DNA from: Planctomycetota bacterium
GTDB lineage: Bacteria > Planctomycetota > UBA1135
Length of the DNA stretch: 64,000 bases
Direction of reading: 5' to 3'
Assembly (NCBI GenBank): GCA_045047305.1
Contig: JASFYO010000082.1
Coordinates: 15,581 to 79,580 of the forward strand
Positions 41,885 through 51,792 of the stretch are shown here, in pieces. The translations under genes were made by a program, and so were the position numbers. The notes beneath the pieces were generated by a model. It saw only the letters and a list, made by a program, of their open reading frames with translations, was not told the origin of the DNA and made no database searches. Position 1 is the first letter of the stretch; the number at the start of each line of letters is the position of its first letter.

Positions 41885-42305
41885 GGGGGGGAGATTCTAA
41901 CGATTTTCGAATGAAGAGTGTTTCAAGAAAGCGGCTCGCCGCGCGCCAAAATTTCCCCCGCGTTTACCATCGGGGTAAATGAAAGAAGCTTGTGGAGGGC
42001 GAATCAAGGAGCTGTAGGGATTCCCGCAAGATGGAGCAAGGATGCTGGTAACGCCCAGGTCTATGCGGATGAACTCCGGCGACCTCTATCGGAAACCTTC
42101 GATCTAAAGTAAGCCTTGCCCAATGGAAGCCCAGCGGTGCGCACCCGGATTCGCTCTTTCGATACCATGCACAAAGGCATCGAAGTCCTAGTCTTGCCTT
42201 TGAGGGGCCGGTCCAGGGGGGGGAGAGCCCAAAAAGAGCCCGTGGAGCTAAAGCGGCTTGGCGGGTGCACCGATAAGTGAGGGACCCTTCGCCCAAGCCC
42301 CTTCT

Positions 42306-44210
42306 ATGCCCGTCCTCCTTAATGCCCAGGATTACCTGGATTTTCTCCGTTCCACCCTTATTCGGGGAGCGGTTGGTCTTCACGAGTGCCAGAAGCAAGG
42401 CGAGAAATGGGCTCGCGAGGATCAAAGTGCGCAAAAAGTGCAAGAATTGCACGCGCGTGCAGTTTCGACCTTAGTTGAAGAGGCCGACGGCGTCGAGCAG
42501 GCCCATATCGTGGAGCAGCAGGCTGCTATGGTTTTGGCGCAAACCCTTTTAGCCTTTGCCAATCACCTTCAAAAGGGTTGGGAAGCGTTGCTCGGAGAGG
42601 ATGCCCAAGCCCGTTTAGGACTTCTTCTCGATGCTGCCGCGCTTGGAACTTGGAGTTGGAACTTAAAAACGCGGAAGCTGGTCGCAGACTATCGCTTCCA
42701 TGCGATGCATGGCGGACAGTGCCGCGGTGCGGTGATTGATCGTGATGACTATTTGCGTCGCGTGCATCCCTTGGATGTCGAAGCGGTCACCAAGTCCACC
42801 TTCGCCTTACTCATTGACGATGAAGCCATGGACGTGCACTACCGTGTTTTGCTTGATGGTGGCGAAGAGCGGCACATCCGTACTCAAGCCTCTCTCGCTA
42901 GAGATGCACAAGGCATTCCTTTGCGGATGTTTGGCGTGTGTCTTGATATTACCGACACCAGGAAAGCACAACGTGAGCTTGAAGAATTGTCCTGCAGTGA
43001 CCCCCTGACGGGAGTTTTAAATCGCAGGGGGCTGACCAATTCCTTGGAGAAGGAAGTCGATCGTCGGCGTAAGTCGGGCAGTGAGATGCAAGCTCTGTTT
43101 TTAGATCTTGACGACTTCAAAAAGATTAACGATGTTTACGGGCATTCGATTGGGGATGAAGTCCTGCAGTCGGTTTCACGCATCTTACGTGAGACGGTAC
43201 GCGCTTCGGACCATGTTGCACGCATTGGCGGCGACGAGTTCTTAGTCATCCTTCCTAATACCAATCGCGAAGAGGCTCGCCCGGTCGCGGAAAAAATTCA
43301 CCGAGCAATTTCTGAATCGGTGATTACCCTGAAGTTCCAACATTTGCGGATTGGGGCGAGTTTGGGCATGGTTTCTGCAGCCCGCGACGATGAAATGGTG
43401 CAGGACTTATTGGTGCGTACTGAGCGCGCTTTGCATAGTGCCAAGCGTTATGGCAAAGGCCAGGTGTTCCACGAAAACAACCTCTTTCGTGGCGGCGAAG
43501 ACCGCGCCAAAAGCTTTACCGAAATATTGGAAGAGTTGCATAATCCCAAATCGTATTTCGCGGTGAAGCAAAAATTGATTCGGGTCTTCGATGAAAAAGT
43601 AGTGGGCTATGAGTTTTTAACTCGCAGCCACTGTGATGCTTTGCGTAGTCCGGAAGATTTTCTCCGTTTTGCGATGGATGCAGGCATTGCCAACGTAGTG
43701 GACTTGCATGCTTTTGCTACTTGCTGTAAGGCGTCGTCACGAGTGGGTTCCAACTTTCACTGTCACCTGAACCTCTTGCCGTCAACTCTAGAGTCCGTAC
43801 ATCCAGATCAATTATTGATCCAGCTCGGTGCCGAGCGTGACTTTGGGAATTATTGCATTGAGATTAGCGAGAAAGAGGCGGTGAGAGATCCGCGTAGTCT
43901 TCTTCATACGGTCGACGGATTACGTGATGTAGGCGTTCAGGTGGCCCTAGATGACATCGGATTTGGCCACTCCAGTTTGGAAGCGCTCATCATGTTGGAA
44001 CCCGACGTCATTAAGGTAGACCGTGCACTGGTCGGTGGCGTACATGGTGATGCCGCGAAACGCAGAGCTCTGGAAAGCCTGTTGCGGGTGGTTGCAACCT
44101 GGAATGGCATCGTGGTTGCGGAGGGTGTTGAGACGCGTGAAGATTTGCGTGTGCTGCAGGACCTAAACGTTCCCTACGTTCAGGGTTTTCTTTTCGGTCA
44201 GCCCGAGTAG
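42306..44210 (+). CDS. PAS-GGDEF-EAL c-di-GMP turnover protein
   Basis: PAS (GTWSWNL..VHPLD), DPLTGVLNRR, RIGGDEF, YEFLTR, ALDDIGFGHSS, AEGVE and QGF motifs. Confidence 0.92.
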   Translation: MPVLLNAQDYLDFLRSTLIRGAVGLHECQKQGEKWAREDQSAQKVQELHARAVSTLVEEADGVEQAHIVEQQAAMVLAQTLLAFANHLQKGWEALLGEDAQARLGLLLDAAALGTWSWNLKTRKLVADYRFHAMHGGQCRGAVIDRDDYLRRVHPLDVEAVTKSTFALLIDDEAMDVHYRVLLDGGEERHIRTQASLARDAQGIPLRMFGVCLDITDTRKAQRELEELSCSDPLTGVLNRRGLTNSLEKEVDRRRKSGSEMQALFLDLDDFKKINDVYGHSIGDEVLQSVSRILRETVRASDHVARIGGDEFLVILPNTNREEARPVAEKIHRAISESVITLKFQHLRIGASLGMVSAARDDEMVQDLLVRTERALHSAKRYGKGQVFHENNLFRGGEDRAKSFTEILEELHNPKSYFAVKQKLIRVFDEKVVGYEFLTRSHCDALRSPEDFLRFAMDAGIANVVDLHAFATCCKASSRVGSNFHCHLNLLPSTLESVHPDQLLIQLGAERDFGNYCIEISEKEAVRDPRSLLHTVDGLRDVGVQVALDDIGFGHSSLEALIMLEPDVIKVDRALVGGVHGDAAKRRALESLLRVVATWNGIVVAEGVETREDLRVLQDLNVPYVQGFLFGQPE

Positions 44211-44232
44211 CCCGCTGGGTTAGAATCCGGGC

Positions 44233-44820
44233 GTGCTTGCATGGCTCACCCAGCCTATGACCCGCCTTGCAGCGGCGTCCGTCTTAGTCGTCTGCTCTTG
44301 CAGTTTGCTAACTAGAAGCCCTGTTTGCTCCCATCCAAGCTGCTTAGCGCACTTACATCTTGGCGCATCCGAATCAGATGTGATTTCAGGCACTTGGCTT
44401 GATGCAGAATGGAAGCGAACGGAGATGGTGGGGCCTGTCGGGCGTAATCTGTTGGCCTTGAGGTGTTACTCCTCGGTTTCACCGATCGCTTTTGAAAACG
44501 ATGAGTTGATAGGATGGGTGCACCGTTTTCAAGCTGAAAGCTGGGAGCAAAACCCGAGTCTTCGCGTCTTGAAAGGCTTGCAAAGTGGTGACTCTGCAAG
44601 CAAGGTGCTTCAAGTTTTAGGTGCACCAGATCGAAAGGTTAGTTTTCACTCTGCTGCTGGTGACGAACTCGTGATTTGGTCATGGGAAGACCACGCTGTC
44701 GCTCTCGGATTTGCCCGGTTTTTTGAGTTCGATCCACTCGACGGAGTGGAAAAGCTAGACCCTGATTTCACTTTGCGCGGATATGTCGAAGGTTTCGATG
44801 ATTTCCGCGCCGACGCTTAA
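44233..44820 (+). CDS. Hypothetical exported/lipoprotein
   Basis: Signal-like N-terminus; VLGAPD motif typical of SmpA/BLIP-like folds; TAGAAT 6 nt before GTG. Confidence 0.55.
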   Translation: MLAWLTQPMTRLAAASVLVVCSCSLLTRSPVCSHPSCLAHLHLGASESDVISGTWLDAEWKRTEMVGPVGRNLLALRCYSSVSPIAFENDELIGWVHRFQAESWEQNPSLRVLKGLQSGDSASKVLQVLGAPDRKVSFHSAAGDELVIWSWEDHAVALGFARFFEFDPLDGVEKLDPDFTLRGYVEGFDDFRADA

Positions 44821-45605
44821 GGTTTTAGCTCCACCTTGCCCCACAACTCAGCATCATGTATGTCGTGTTGGTAGTGCGGACTCCAAGCCCAGTCTTGGCG
44901 GGAAAAGTTAACCCGCACCGAATCTCCAGCGGTTGGGATTGTGGCTTTGCCTTCGATTTCCAACGACGTCCAAGGAATAGCAATTTCAACCCACCATCCA
45001 CGGTCAGCATCGCCTGGCTTATCCAGGGTTCCAGAAAGTGCTACCTTGCCGAGGCTTGCAGGGCCGGTGAGATATTCGCTTTTACTTTCGCCCTGGACCA
45101 CTTGCGTATCTAGCATCCGGCCTCCGGGTTCTAAGCTAATCATGTGGTAATCGCCAAGTTCCGCGTCGCGGGTGACAAAGGTGAGTAGGCCTTCAAACCC
45201 CAAAGACGAGACTGGAATGCTTTCTAGGTTGGGTTCAATCATCCATACGCCAAGGAATAGGTACTGACGATTCCATAGCATTTTCGCGCGTGATTGATAG
45301 CGCGGACGACCGCTGCTGCTGCCACCAACCTGTACAAAATTTGCAGTCCATGCGACGTTGCGCCAAGCGCGGTCATCGAGGCTGCCATCAATCTTGGGGG
45401 CGCTGTGCGTGAACTCCGCAGCATAGTGACGGGGAATGTCTCCCGCGAGGTCCAGTACCGGATGGTCGGGGGCGCTGGCGCAGGAGGGGAGTAACGAGGC
45501 TGCTAATAGTGCGCTTAGTGCAGCAAAGGTAGAAAGGCTTGGTGTGCGTGGCATGGTGGTCAGGATTAGCTTTAGAATCATCTCGCATACGGGTCTAGTG
45601 CACAA
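44817..45605 (-). CDS. Carbohydrate-binding family 9-like (DOMON-like) lipoprotein; true start probably near 45554 (MPRTP)
   Basis: PKIDGSLDDRAW, AKMLW, GWWVEIAIPW, RVNFSR and WAWSP motifs. Confidence 0.75.
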   Translation of the reverse strand: MCTRPVCEMILKLILTTMPRTPSLSTFAALSALLAASLLPSCASAPDHPVLDLAGDIPRHYAAEFTHSAPKIDGSLDDRAWRNVAWTANFVQVGGSSSGRPRYQSRAKMLWNRQYLFLGVWMIEPNLESIPVSSLGFEGLLTFVTRDAELGDYHMISLEPGGRMLDTQVVQGESKSEYLTGPASLGKVALSGTLDKPGDADRGWWVEIAIPWTSLEIEGKATIPTAGDSVRVNFSRQDWAWSPHYQHDIHDAELWGKVELKP

Positions 45606-46138
45606 GGATTAGAAATACGCAACAGTGGCCGAGCCTGAGCTACTGCCACAGTCGTGTGTGCCTGTGACTCCCAAGGGGTACCTCGCAACGGCTGCGCCTC
45701 CCATTAGGCCTTTTACGATGAACAAGGCAAAGTGTGGATCCTTCTTCGAAATGTCTTCACAGGTTTTGTGCAAGCAGTCGAGCAGCTTCACACCATAATT
45801 GGCTACGCTTTTTGGCGTGCTTGTCGAGTCACAGCTTGCTCCAGGCCTGTACTTGTTTCGGTTCCGGATGCGCGCTGCGCGCGAAATGGAAAAAAGCCCT
45901 CCGGCTGCCCCTCGGATTCCCCCCCCTTAAAGCAGCCAGTGGACTCAGAATACCTTCCAAATTCCCTTTCAGTGGTGTAGACGCCGCTGATACCCCTGCG
46001 ACACATAGAAATCTCGGTTTTCTTTGCTTAGAGCTGGATTCCGAGCCGAAGCAAGGGAATAGATTAGGCCAATCGCTGTCTCATCATGCAGACGAAGGTC
46101 TTTTTGCCCTTCACCTGATAAGCTGGCCATTGGCCCTA

Positions 46139-46714
46139 GTGACCGAAGACCAACAAGCATCCGACGCTCTAAAGCGTTGCCATTCCGGCGACGTTGAGGC
46201 TCTAGCTGTGCTTTTTGGCATCTTTGGCGACCGGGTTTACCGCCTTTGCTTCAACGTGCTCGGATCCCAATCCGATGCCGAAGACGCGGCCCAGGAGGTT
46301 TTTTTGCGCGTTTTCGCTAAGGCTGGGTCATTCGCTGGGCGTAGTCAGGTTTCTACCTGGATCCACCGCCTCACCGTGAACTTCTGCCTCAATCAACTGA
46401 AAAGCCGCAAGCGTAAGGCTACGACCTCGCTGGAAGCGATTCCGCAGGCAGGCCCTATTACTTCTGTAGATGGAAGTGGCCAGATGGAGCAGCAGGAGAC
46501 GGTGGTGATTGTTCGTAGTGTTTTGGCCCGCATGCCCGAAGAAGCTCGAGCCATTTTCCTCCTGCGCGAGGTGGAAGACTGCAGCTACCGAGAGATCAGC
46601 GAAATCCTGGATTTGCCTCAGGGCACTGTCATGTCTCGTCTTTCGCGCGCACGCGACAAGTTTCGCCAACTTGCCGCTGGCTCCGCTACTGATTTAGGAG
46701 TGATCTCAGAATGA
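46139..46714 (+). CDS. ECF RNA polymerase sigma factor
   Basis: DAEDAAQEVFLRVF..FAGRSQVSTWIHRL and SYREISEILDLPQGTVMSRLSRAR; start placed at GTG 46139. Confidence 0.9.
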   Translation: MTEDQQASDALKRCHSGDVEALAVLFGIFGDRVYRLCFNVLGSQSDAEDAAQEVFLRVFAKAGSFAGRSQVSTWIHRLTVNFCLNQLKSRKRKATTSLEAIPQAGPITSVDGSGQMEQQETVVIVRSVLARMPEEARAIFLLREVEDCSYREISEILDLPQGTVMSRLSRARDKFRQLAAGSATDLGVISE

Positions 46715-47139
46715 AACAAGACCCATCCGTTCTCAATACTCAGCAACGCACTCAACTGCAGGCACCTGTTGCTCCTGCGGGAATGTGGGAGCGCATCGAG
46801 CGAGCCGCGCTTCGCCAACAAGCGGCGGGCCCTCTGGGTGCAGAGGAAGCTCATCCGCTTTTAGGTGGGGTTTCTAGATTTCAGCATCGGCTACGTTTTG
46901 TTGCAGCTGGCATGCTTGGCTTTTTGATGTTCTTTGGGCTGGAGCAAGCGGTGACCCAGAGTGCCGGTGGTGGCGCAAAGACGAGTCTGGTTGCAAGCGG
47001 ATTGCACCTAGTCGACTACCTCCGTGAGGAAGTACCGTTGGTTCACGATCCCGCTTCCTATGTCGATGGCATGCAGGGCAGAACTCCTTGGCCGGAGGTG
47101 ACTCTGGCGACCTACATCAGTACCAACGAGGCGAACTAA
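46711..47139 (+). CDS. Putative anti-sigma factor (single TM)
   Basis: ATGA overlap with the sigma gene; AP..MWERIE motif followed by a TM segment. Confidence 0.65.
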   Translation: MKQDPSVLNTQQRTQLQAPVAPAGMWERIERAALRQQAAGPLGAEEAHPLLGGVSRFQHRLRFVAAGMLGFLMFFGLEQAVTQSAGGGAKTSLVASGLHLVDYLREEVPLVHDPASYVDGMQGRTPWPEVTLATYISTNEAN

Positions 47140-47561
47140 TGAGCATGAACTATATGTCGGTTTTTCTTGGAGGTGCTTTGGCGGCAAGCATTGCACTCAA
47201 TTTCACGCAATATCAGAAGCCGGAAGCTGCTGTACATGAGTCGCAATCGCCAGACCACTACGCGGAGCTGGATCTTACTCCAGCCCAAGTTGGCGTCCTC
47301 AATCGCTGCGGCACTGCCTGCTGCGATGCTGCACAGAAGTTACGTGCGGAATCTGAGGCCGTGACCGACGAGCTACGTGTGGCATTGTCCGCCCCAGAAA
47401 TGGATGAGGATTATGTAAAGGAGTTGGCGGCAAAGCTTTGCGAGTTGCGCACTAGGGAAGTGGATAACAACATCGCCACTTTGCTTGAAGTACGCAATGC
47501 GTTGGAGCCGCAGCAAGTACGCGCTTTGTATCGGGTACTTTATCCCGAGCAAGGCCAGTAA
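47139..47561 (+). CDS. Spy/CpxP/ZraP-like periplasmic helical protein with CxxxCC
   Basis: SIALN anchor; LDLTPAQ and LEPQQ (LTxxQ-like) motifs; CGTACC. Confidence 0.75.
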   Translation: MSMNYMSVFLGGALAASIALNFTQYQKPEAAVHESQSPDHYAELDLTPAQVGVLNRCGTACCDAAQKLRAESEAVTDELRVALSAPEMDEDYVKELAAKLCELRTREVDNNIATLLEVRNALEPQQVRALYRVLYPEQGQ

Positions 47562-47621
47562 TCGGCTTGCTCTCGGACAAAAGCTGGTCAAACAGACGTC
47601 TCTGTGTTATCAAGGAGGGGC

Positions 47622-48632
47622 ATGCGTTACCTCTCCGCCATCCTTCTCCTGACACCGCTATTCTCCGCTGGGCTTCGCGCACAATCAGACGAGATTTTTA
47701 GCGAGGCCGATTACGATAAAAACATGCAGCAGGTGATGGAGCCGGATCAATTTCCGGTGCTGCATCACCCACCCATGGCAACGGTGATGGAAGCTGGGCT
47801 TGAAATTGATGCCGATGAACCGGTGATTGGCTTGTTCCTCGGCGGTGAAGCGCGCGCTTATCCGATTTCGGTTATGGGTGGCATTGAGTTGGTGAACGAT
47901 ACATGCGGCGATATTCCTGTCGCAGTCAGTTGGTGACCTCTCTGTCAAACGGCCATCGTGTATGGCCGCACCGTGGATGGAAGAGTGTTGAACTTTGGAC
48001 ATGAAGGCGTGCTTTATCGAAACTCCTTTGTCATGTACGACAAAGAGACCAACTCGAAGTGGCTGCACGTTACCGGGGAGGCCTTGAAGGGCGAGTTGAA
48101 GGGTAAAAAACTGGGCTTCATTCCATCTGAGATCATGCCGTACAAGACGTGGAAGAAACGTCACCCCAAAACCGGTGTGTTGTTGGGGGAAAAGGTCAGC
48201 GGCATGATGGGCTCCTTCGTGTTGAAAGATCGGATCAAAAGTTTCGGTTTGTCGGTAGGCGAAGGGCGCGACGTCACCCTGTTCCGCTTTTCCTTGCTCG
48301 ACCGGATTCCCGTTCTAGATACCACCGTGGCCGACGCTCCTGCAGCCATTTGCTTTGACCGAGAAGCTGTCTACGCAGTGGCCTTCCGCAGTCATCTGAA
48401 AGGTCGCCGCTTGCACTTCTCAGCACTTGCGATCTCTCCAGACGCCGAAGACACTCGCCCTCTGATGCGCGACGCCGAGACTGGCAGTCTGTGGCTGCGC
48501 ATGACGGGTGCATGTCTCGCCGGTGAGCTCAAAGGCTCTCAGCTAGGGCAAATTCCAGCTACCGCATGGCTCGGAAACCGCTGGATGGCCTTCTTTAAGG
48601 GGGCCCGCGACGTGAAGTTGGTGGAGCTGTAA
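47622..48632 (+). CDS. DUF3179 domain-containing selenoprotein (UxxC), 336 aa
   Basis: SD AAGGAGG precedes ATG 47622. ORFs 47604..47936 and 47958..48632 are in one frame joined by W-TGA(47934)-P-L-C, matching the DUF3179 CPLC motif. Also ARAYP, ELVND, GVLYRNSFVMYDKETNSKW, and a hairpin at 47950-47968. Confidence 0.88.
47950..47968 (+). promoter_or_regulatory. SECIS-like hairpin
   Basis: CGGCCAT-CGTGT-ATGGCCG: perfect 7-bp stem, loop 20 nt after the UGA with G at loop position 2. Confidence 0.65.
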
Positions 48633-48775
48633 GCCAACTGGTTTCCATCTGAGCCGCCACCTAGCCGAATTCCGCTGCTACACTGGGCCACCCGCCCTTT
48701 TTACGAGGTGTCATTCGATGGCCCCAAACGGAGAAGGAGCCGGATTCATCATTCTTCCTTCTCTAGGAGTACCCA

Positions 48776-48973
48776 ATGTCTGATCAAGAAGTTCTCGTCG
48801 TCCAGTCCAAGATTAAGGCTTACATTAAAGCCAAGTCCGGAATGTCCACCTCAGGCGCCGTTGCCGGTCGTCTTTCCGATTTGATTCGCGCTATGTGCGA
48901 TAACGCAATTGCCACCGCCGAAGGTGCAAAGCGCAAGACGGTCATGGACCGCGATTTCGGAGGCGACGAGTAA
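48776..48973 (+). CDS. Bacterial histone-fold protein (Bd0055/HBb-like)
   Basis: 65 aa with EVLVVQSKIKAYIK..GMSTS..LS..C..A..AKRKTVMDRDF, including the RKTV..D histone L2 motif; SD AGGAG upstream. Confidence 0.88.
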   Translation: MSDQEVLVVQSKIKAYIKAKSGMSTSGAVAGRLSDLIRAMCDNAIATAEGAKRKTVMDRDFGGDE

Positions 48974-49004
48974 GTCGCTATAAGTCCTTTCGGGCGGCTA
49001 CTTT

Positions 49005-50051
49005 ATGTCGCCCGAATTGCATTGCTGTATTTTGATTTACCGCCTTTTGCAGGTGCTAGGCGTGGCTGGACTCGCTCTGCTCTTCAGCGCTTGCGGAACT
49101 GCTCCTGTGTTGCGTCAACTAGCGCAAGGCCCCTCCTTGCGAGGACTGAGTCGGGTTGATTCCCGCACCGCTTGGGTTTCTGGGAGTGAGTCCTGCGTAG
49201 CCGTTTCGCGTGATGGTGGACGTACTTGGACCTCCCGAGCGCCCGAACTTGCGGCTGGAGATACCCTCGATTTCCGTGACGTCGAAGCCATCACCGCTGA
49301 CCTAGTTGTACTCATGTCGGCCGGTTCCGGGGGGGCGTCCAGGGTTTTTCGGACCGATAACGGAGGAATTTCTTGGGAAATTTGTGCCGTCAATCAGGAG
49401 CCAGAGGGCTTCTGGGATGGAATGGACTTCTGGGATGCCAATCGAGGCCTTTTAGTGGGAGATCCGGTCGACGGCCGCCTCACCGTTCTGCGCACCGAGG
49501 ACGGAGGCCGCTCCTGGAATCCGGTTCCGGCAACAGGTTTGCCGCATGCAATCGATGGTGAGTTTGCCTTTGCGGCAAGCGGGACATCGCTTGCGGTTGC
49601 TGGGGAAAAGCTAGCTTGGATTGCGACTGGAGGTTCGGTTTCCCGGGTATATCGCACGACCGACGGCGGCGAAACGTGGTCGGTTCAGAGCGCGCCTTTA
49701 TCTGCCGGGACTGCCGGCAGCGGAGTCTTTTCGGTGGCCTTCCGCGACACTCAAAATGGAGTGTTGGTGGGGGGCGATTATGAACGCGAGACCCAGGTGC
49801 TTAGCGTGGCAGCATGGACTCACGATGGTGGCATTTCTTGGCATCCTGCCGAAACCATGCCGGGCGGATATCGCTCCGGAGTTTCCTGGCATCCACGGCT
49901 TAAGTTATGGATTGCCGTTGGCCCCACAGGCACAGATGTTTCTGTTGATGGGGTTCACTGGAAATCATCCAAAAACACACTGACTGGTTTCCATTCTGTC
50001 GATGGGAATTGGATGAGCGGTGCTGGTGGGAGCACCGCTCAATTAAGGTAA
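49005..50051 (+). CDS. BNR/Asp-box beta-propeller protein (Ycf48-like); start uncertain
   Basis: Repeated S/TxDGGxxW Asp-boxes; LDFRDVEA and EFAFAASGT motifs. Confidence 0.85.
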   Translation: MSPELHCCILIYRLLQVLGVAGLALLFSACGTAPVLRQLAQGPSLRGLSRVDSRTAWVSGSESCVAVSRDGGRTWTSRAPELAAGDTLDFRDVEAITADLVVLMSAGSGGASRVFRTDNGGISWEICAVNQEPEGFWDGMDFWDANRGLLVGDPVDGRLTVLRTEDGGRSWNPVPATGLPHAIDGEFAFAASGTSLAVAGEKLAWIATGGSVSRVYRTTDGGETWSVQSAPLSAGTAGSGVFSVAFRDTQNGVLVGGDYERETQVLSVAAWTHDGGISWHPAETMPGGYRSGVSWHPRLKLWIAVGPTGTDVSVDGVHWKSSKNTLTGFHSVDGNWMSGAGGSTAQLR

Positions 50052-50088
50052 GGAAACACGGATTTGGTCAGCGCTTCCCTCAGTCGCT

Positions 50089-50652
50089 CTACTTAGGTTT
50101 GGCGATTCCAATCACGCCATAACCAACTCGGGCGCCGGCATTGCCCGTTGGCTGGCTGCGCTGATCATCTTCGCCAGCGTGAATGATCATGCCCCGACCT
50201 AGGATGGAGTACTTGCCGCCTAGTTTGAGCTCCTCATCGAAGCGTGAATACTCAGCAACTCCACTGGCGTCGGCTACGATGTTGCCAAGATCACCTTCGT
50301 GACGCATTTTGGCAGAGGGGCCGCTGTGTTCATGATTTTCTGGGTTGTAATGGCCGCCGGCTGATTTTCCATCGGTGGTCGATAGGTCACCGTATTGATG
50401 AACGTGAAACCCATGCGCGCCTGGTGCGAGTCCAGTCAGATGTGCTTCAATGAAGACCCCGCCTTCACGTTGAGTAAAAGTGACGGTGCCGTGGACATTT
50501 TCATTTCCCTCGGTGCCTTGAATCACGCAAATGGCTTGCTTGACATTGAGGTCGTACTGGCCGTTGTTAGCGAATCCATCATTGCCGATGGCAAGCACGC
50601 AGGATCCGAGGAGAGGTGCCATGCAGGCAGCAAAGAGTGCGATTTTTTTCAT
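50089..50652 (-). CDS. sodC: Cu/Zn superoxide dismutase, exported/lipoprotein
   Basis: HGFHVHQYGD, GGHYNP, RHEGDLGN, IIHAGEDD and GNAGAR motifs. Confidence 0.95.
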   Translation of the reverse strand: MKKIALFAACMAPLLGSCVLAIGNDGFANNGQYDLNVKQAICVIQGTEGNENVHGTVTFTQREGGVFIEAHLTGLAPGAHGFHVHQYGDLSTTDGKSAGGHYNPENHEHSGPSAKMRHEGDLGNIVADASGVAEYSRFDEELKLGGKYSILGRGMIIHAGEDDQRSQPTGNAGARVGYGVIGIAKPK

Positions 50653-50966
50653 TTTAAGGTTTGGTTCGAGGTTTCGAGTTCCACATGCTTGCGTCCAAGG
50701 CGAAGGGCGGACTCAGTCCAGATGGCAGCGAAGGGTACAACTGCGAGTGCAATCCTGCTGCGATCAAGAAGTTGGGAGAAGAAGTCGTACATCCAGGATA
50801 CGGCGCTGTCGCCACCACGATAGACGAAAGTGTCAAGGAAGGCCTTTGATTTGTATTTCCGAGATCGCGGCACCACGGTAAAGAGAACTTCTGGTGCGGG
50901 TTTGGCGAGAGAGGTCCAGAGTGAGAACCTTGGAGAGCGGCGGGAAGTTCGGCTTCGGGGGACCAA
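50649..50966 (-). pseudogene. C-terminal remnant of an NTP/NDP-exchange (AAA/MFS) transporter
   Basis: SLAKPAPEVLFTVVP..KYKSKAFLDTFVYRGGD matches the family's C-terminal motif; the rest of the gene is missing; its stop overlaps the sodC ATG. Confidence 0.7.
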
Positions 50967-51159
50967 GATTTAGGACTCATGCGCAAAATCTTGTGAGGCT
51001 GAAGGCTCTGCGTAGAGCATTCTCTGACACGCCTCTTTCCTGCTGTAACTTCCTTCACCTGGATTCCACACCCTAAGTCCCTCGGTGGCAGTTTGAAGGC
51101 TAAGAAAGAGGCCTGCTCCCCTGGGTAGGTGGCCTAAGCGGGAACGCTAATATGCCGCA

Positions 51160-51792
51160 ATGGAATTGCTCGATGCCCTCCGTCAACGTCGGTCTGTCAA
51201 GGCTTTCGATCCTGAACACCGGCTAAGCGAAGACGAGATTCGCCATTTGATGGCGCATGTTGCTCTGACCCCGACGTCCTTCAATATGCAAAACTGGCAT
51301 TTTGTGGTGGTGACCGATCAAGCGGTGCAAGATGAGTTGTGTGCGGCGTCGTGGAATCAAGCGCAGGTGAAAGATGCTTCGGCGACCATCATTTGTGCTG
51401 GCAACCTTGATGGCCATAACAACATGGAGCGCACCTTGCGTAAGGCTCCCGATGCGGTCAAAGAAATGTTTGGAGGTATGGTGCCGGGCTTTTACTCCAA
51501 CGACGCCATCCAGCGCGATGAATGCGTACGCACGATTGGCCTAGCTGGCATGACCATGATGCTGCTGGCTAAGGATATGGGCTACGATTCTTGTCCAATG
51601 ATTGGCTTTGATCCAGTCAAGGTCTCGGCTGCGGTCGGCTTGCCGGAGGACCATCCGCCTTTGATGATGGTCACTATCGGCAAAGCTCTCAGTCCGGCGC
51701 ATGGGCGCATGGGATTGCTGGATTTGGAAGAGTTCGTGTCGATGAACCGCTTTGGCAACCACACGTTGACCGGCGCAGTCGACGACAGCTAG
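51160..51792 (+). CDS. Nitroreductase family protein
   Basis: RRSVKAFD, PTSFNMQNWHF and GYDSCPMIGFD motifs. Confidence 0.92.
   Translation: MELLDALRQRRSVKAFDPEHRLSEDEIRHLMAHVALTPTSFNMQNWHFVVVTDQAVQDELCAASWNQAQVKDASATIICAGNLDGHNNMERTLRKAPDAVKEMFGGMVPGFYSNDAIQRDECVRTIGLAGMTMMLLAKDMGYDSCPMIGFDPVKVSAAVGLPEDHPPLMMVTIGKALSPAHGRMGLLDLEEFVSMNRFGNHTLTGAVDDS

Noticed and set aside
41885..42305. Long leader before the GGDEF-EAL gene as a possible c-di-GMP riboswitch or sRNA
   Set aside because: I could not find the GEMM-I/II conserved elements by eye; an Rfam/Infernal scan would be needed.
45609..46050. Short ORFs and the 135-codon N-terminal extension of the ECF sigma ORF
   Set aside because: No recognisable family; sigma homology starts near 46139. 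It may be another remnant, but I cannot support that.
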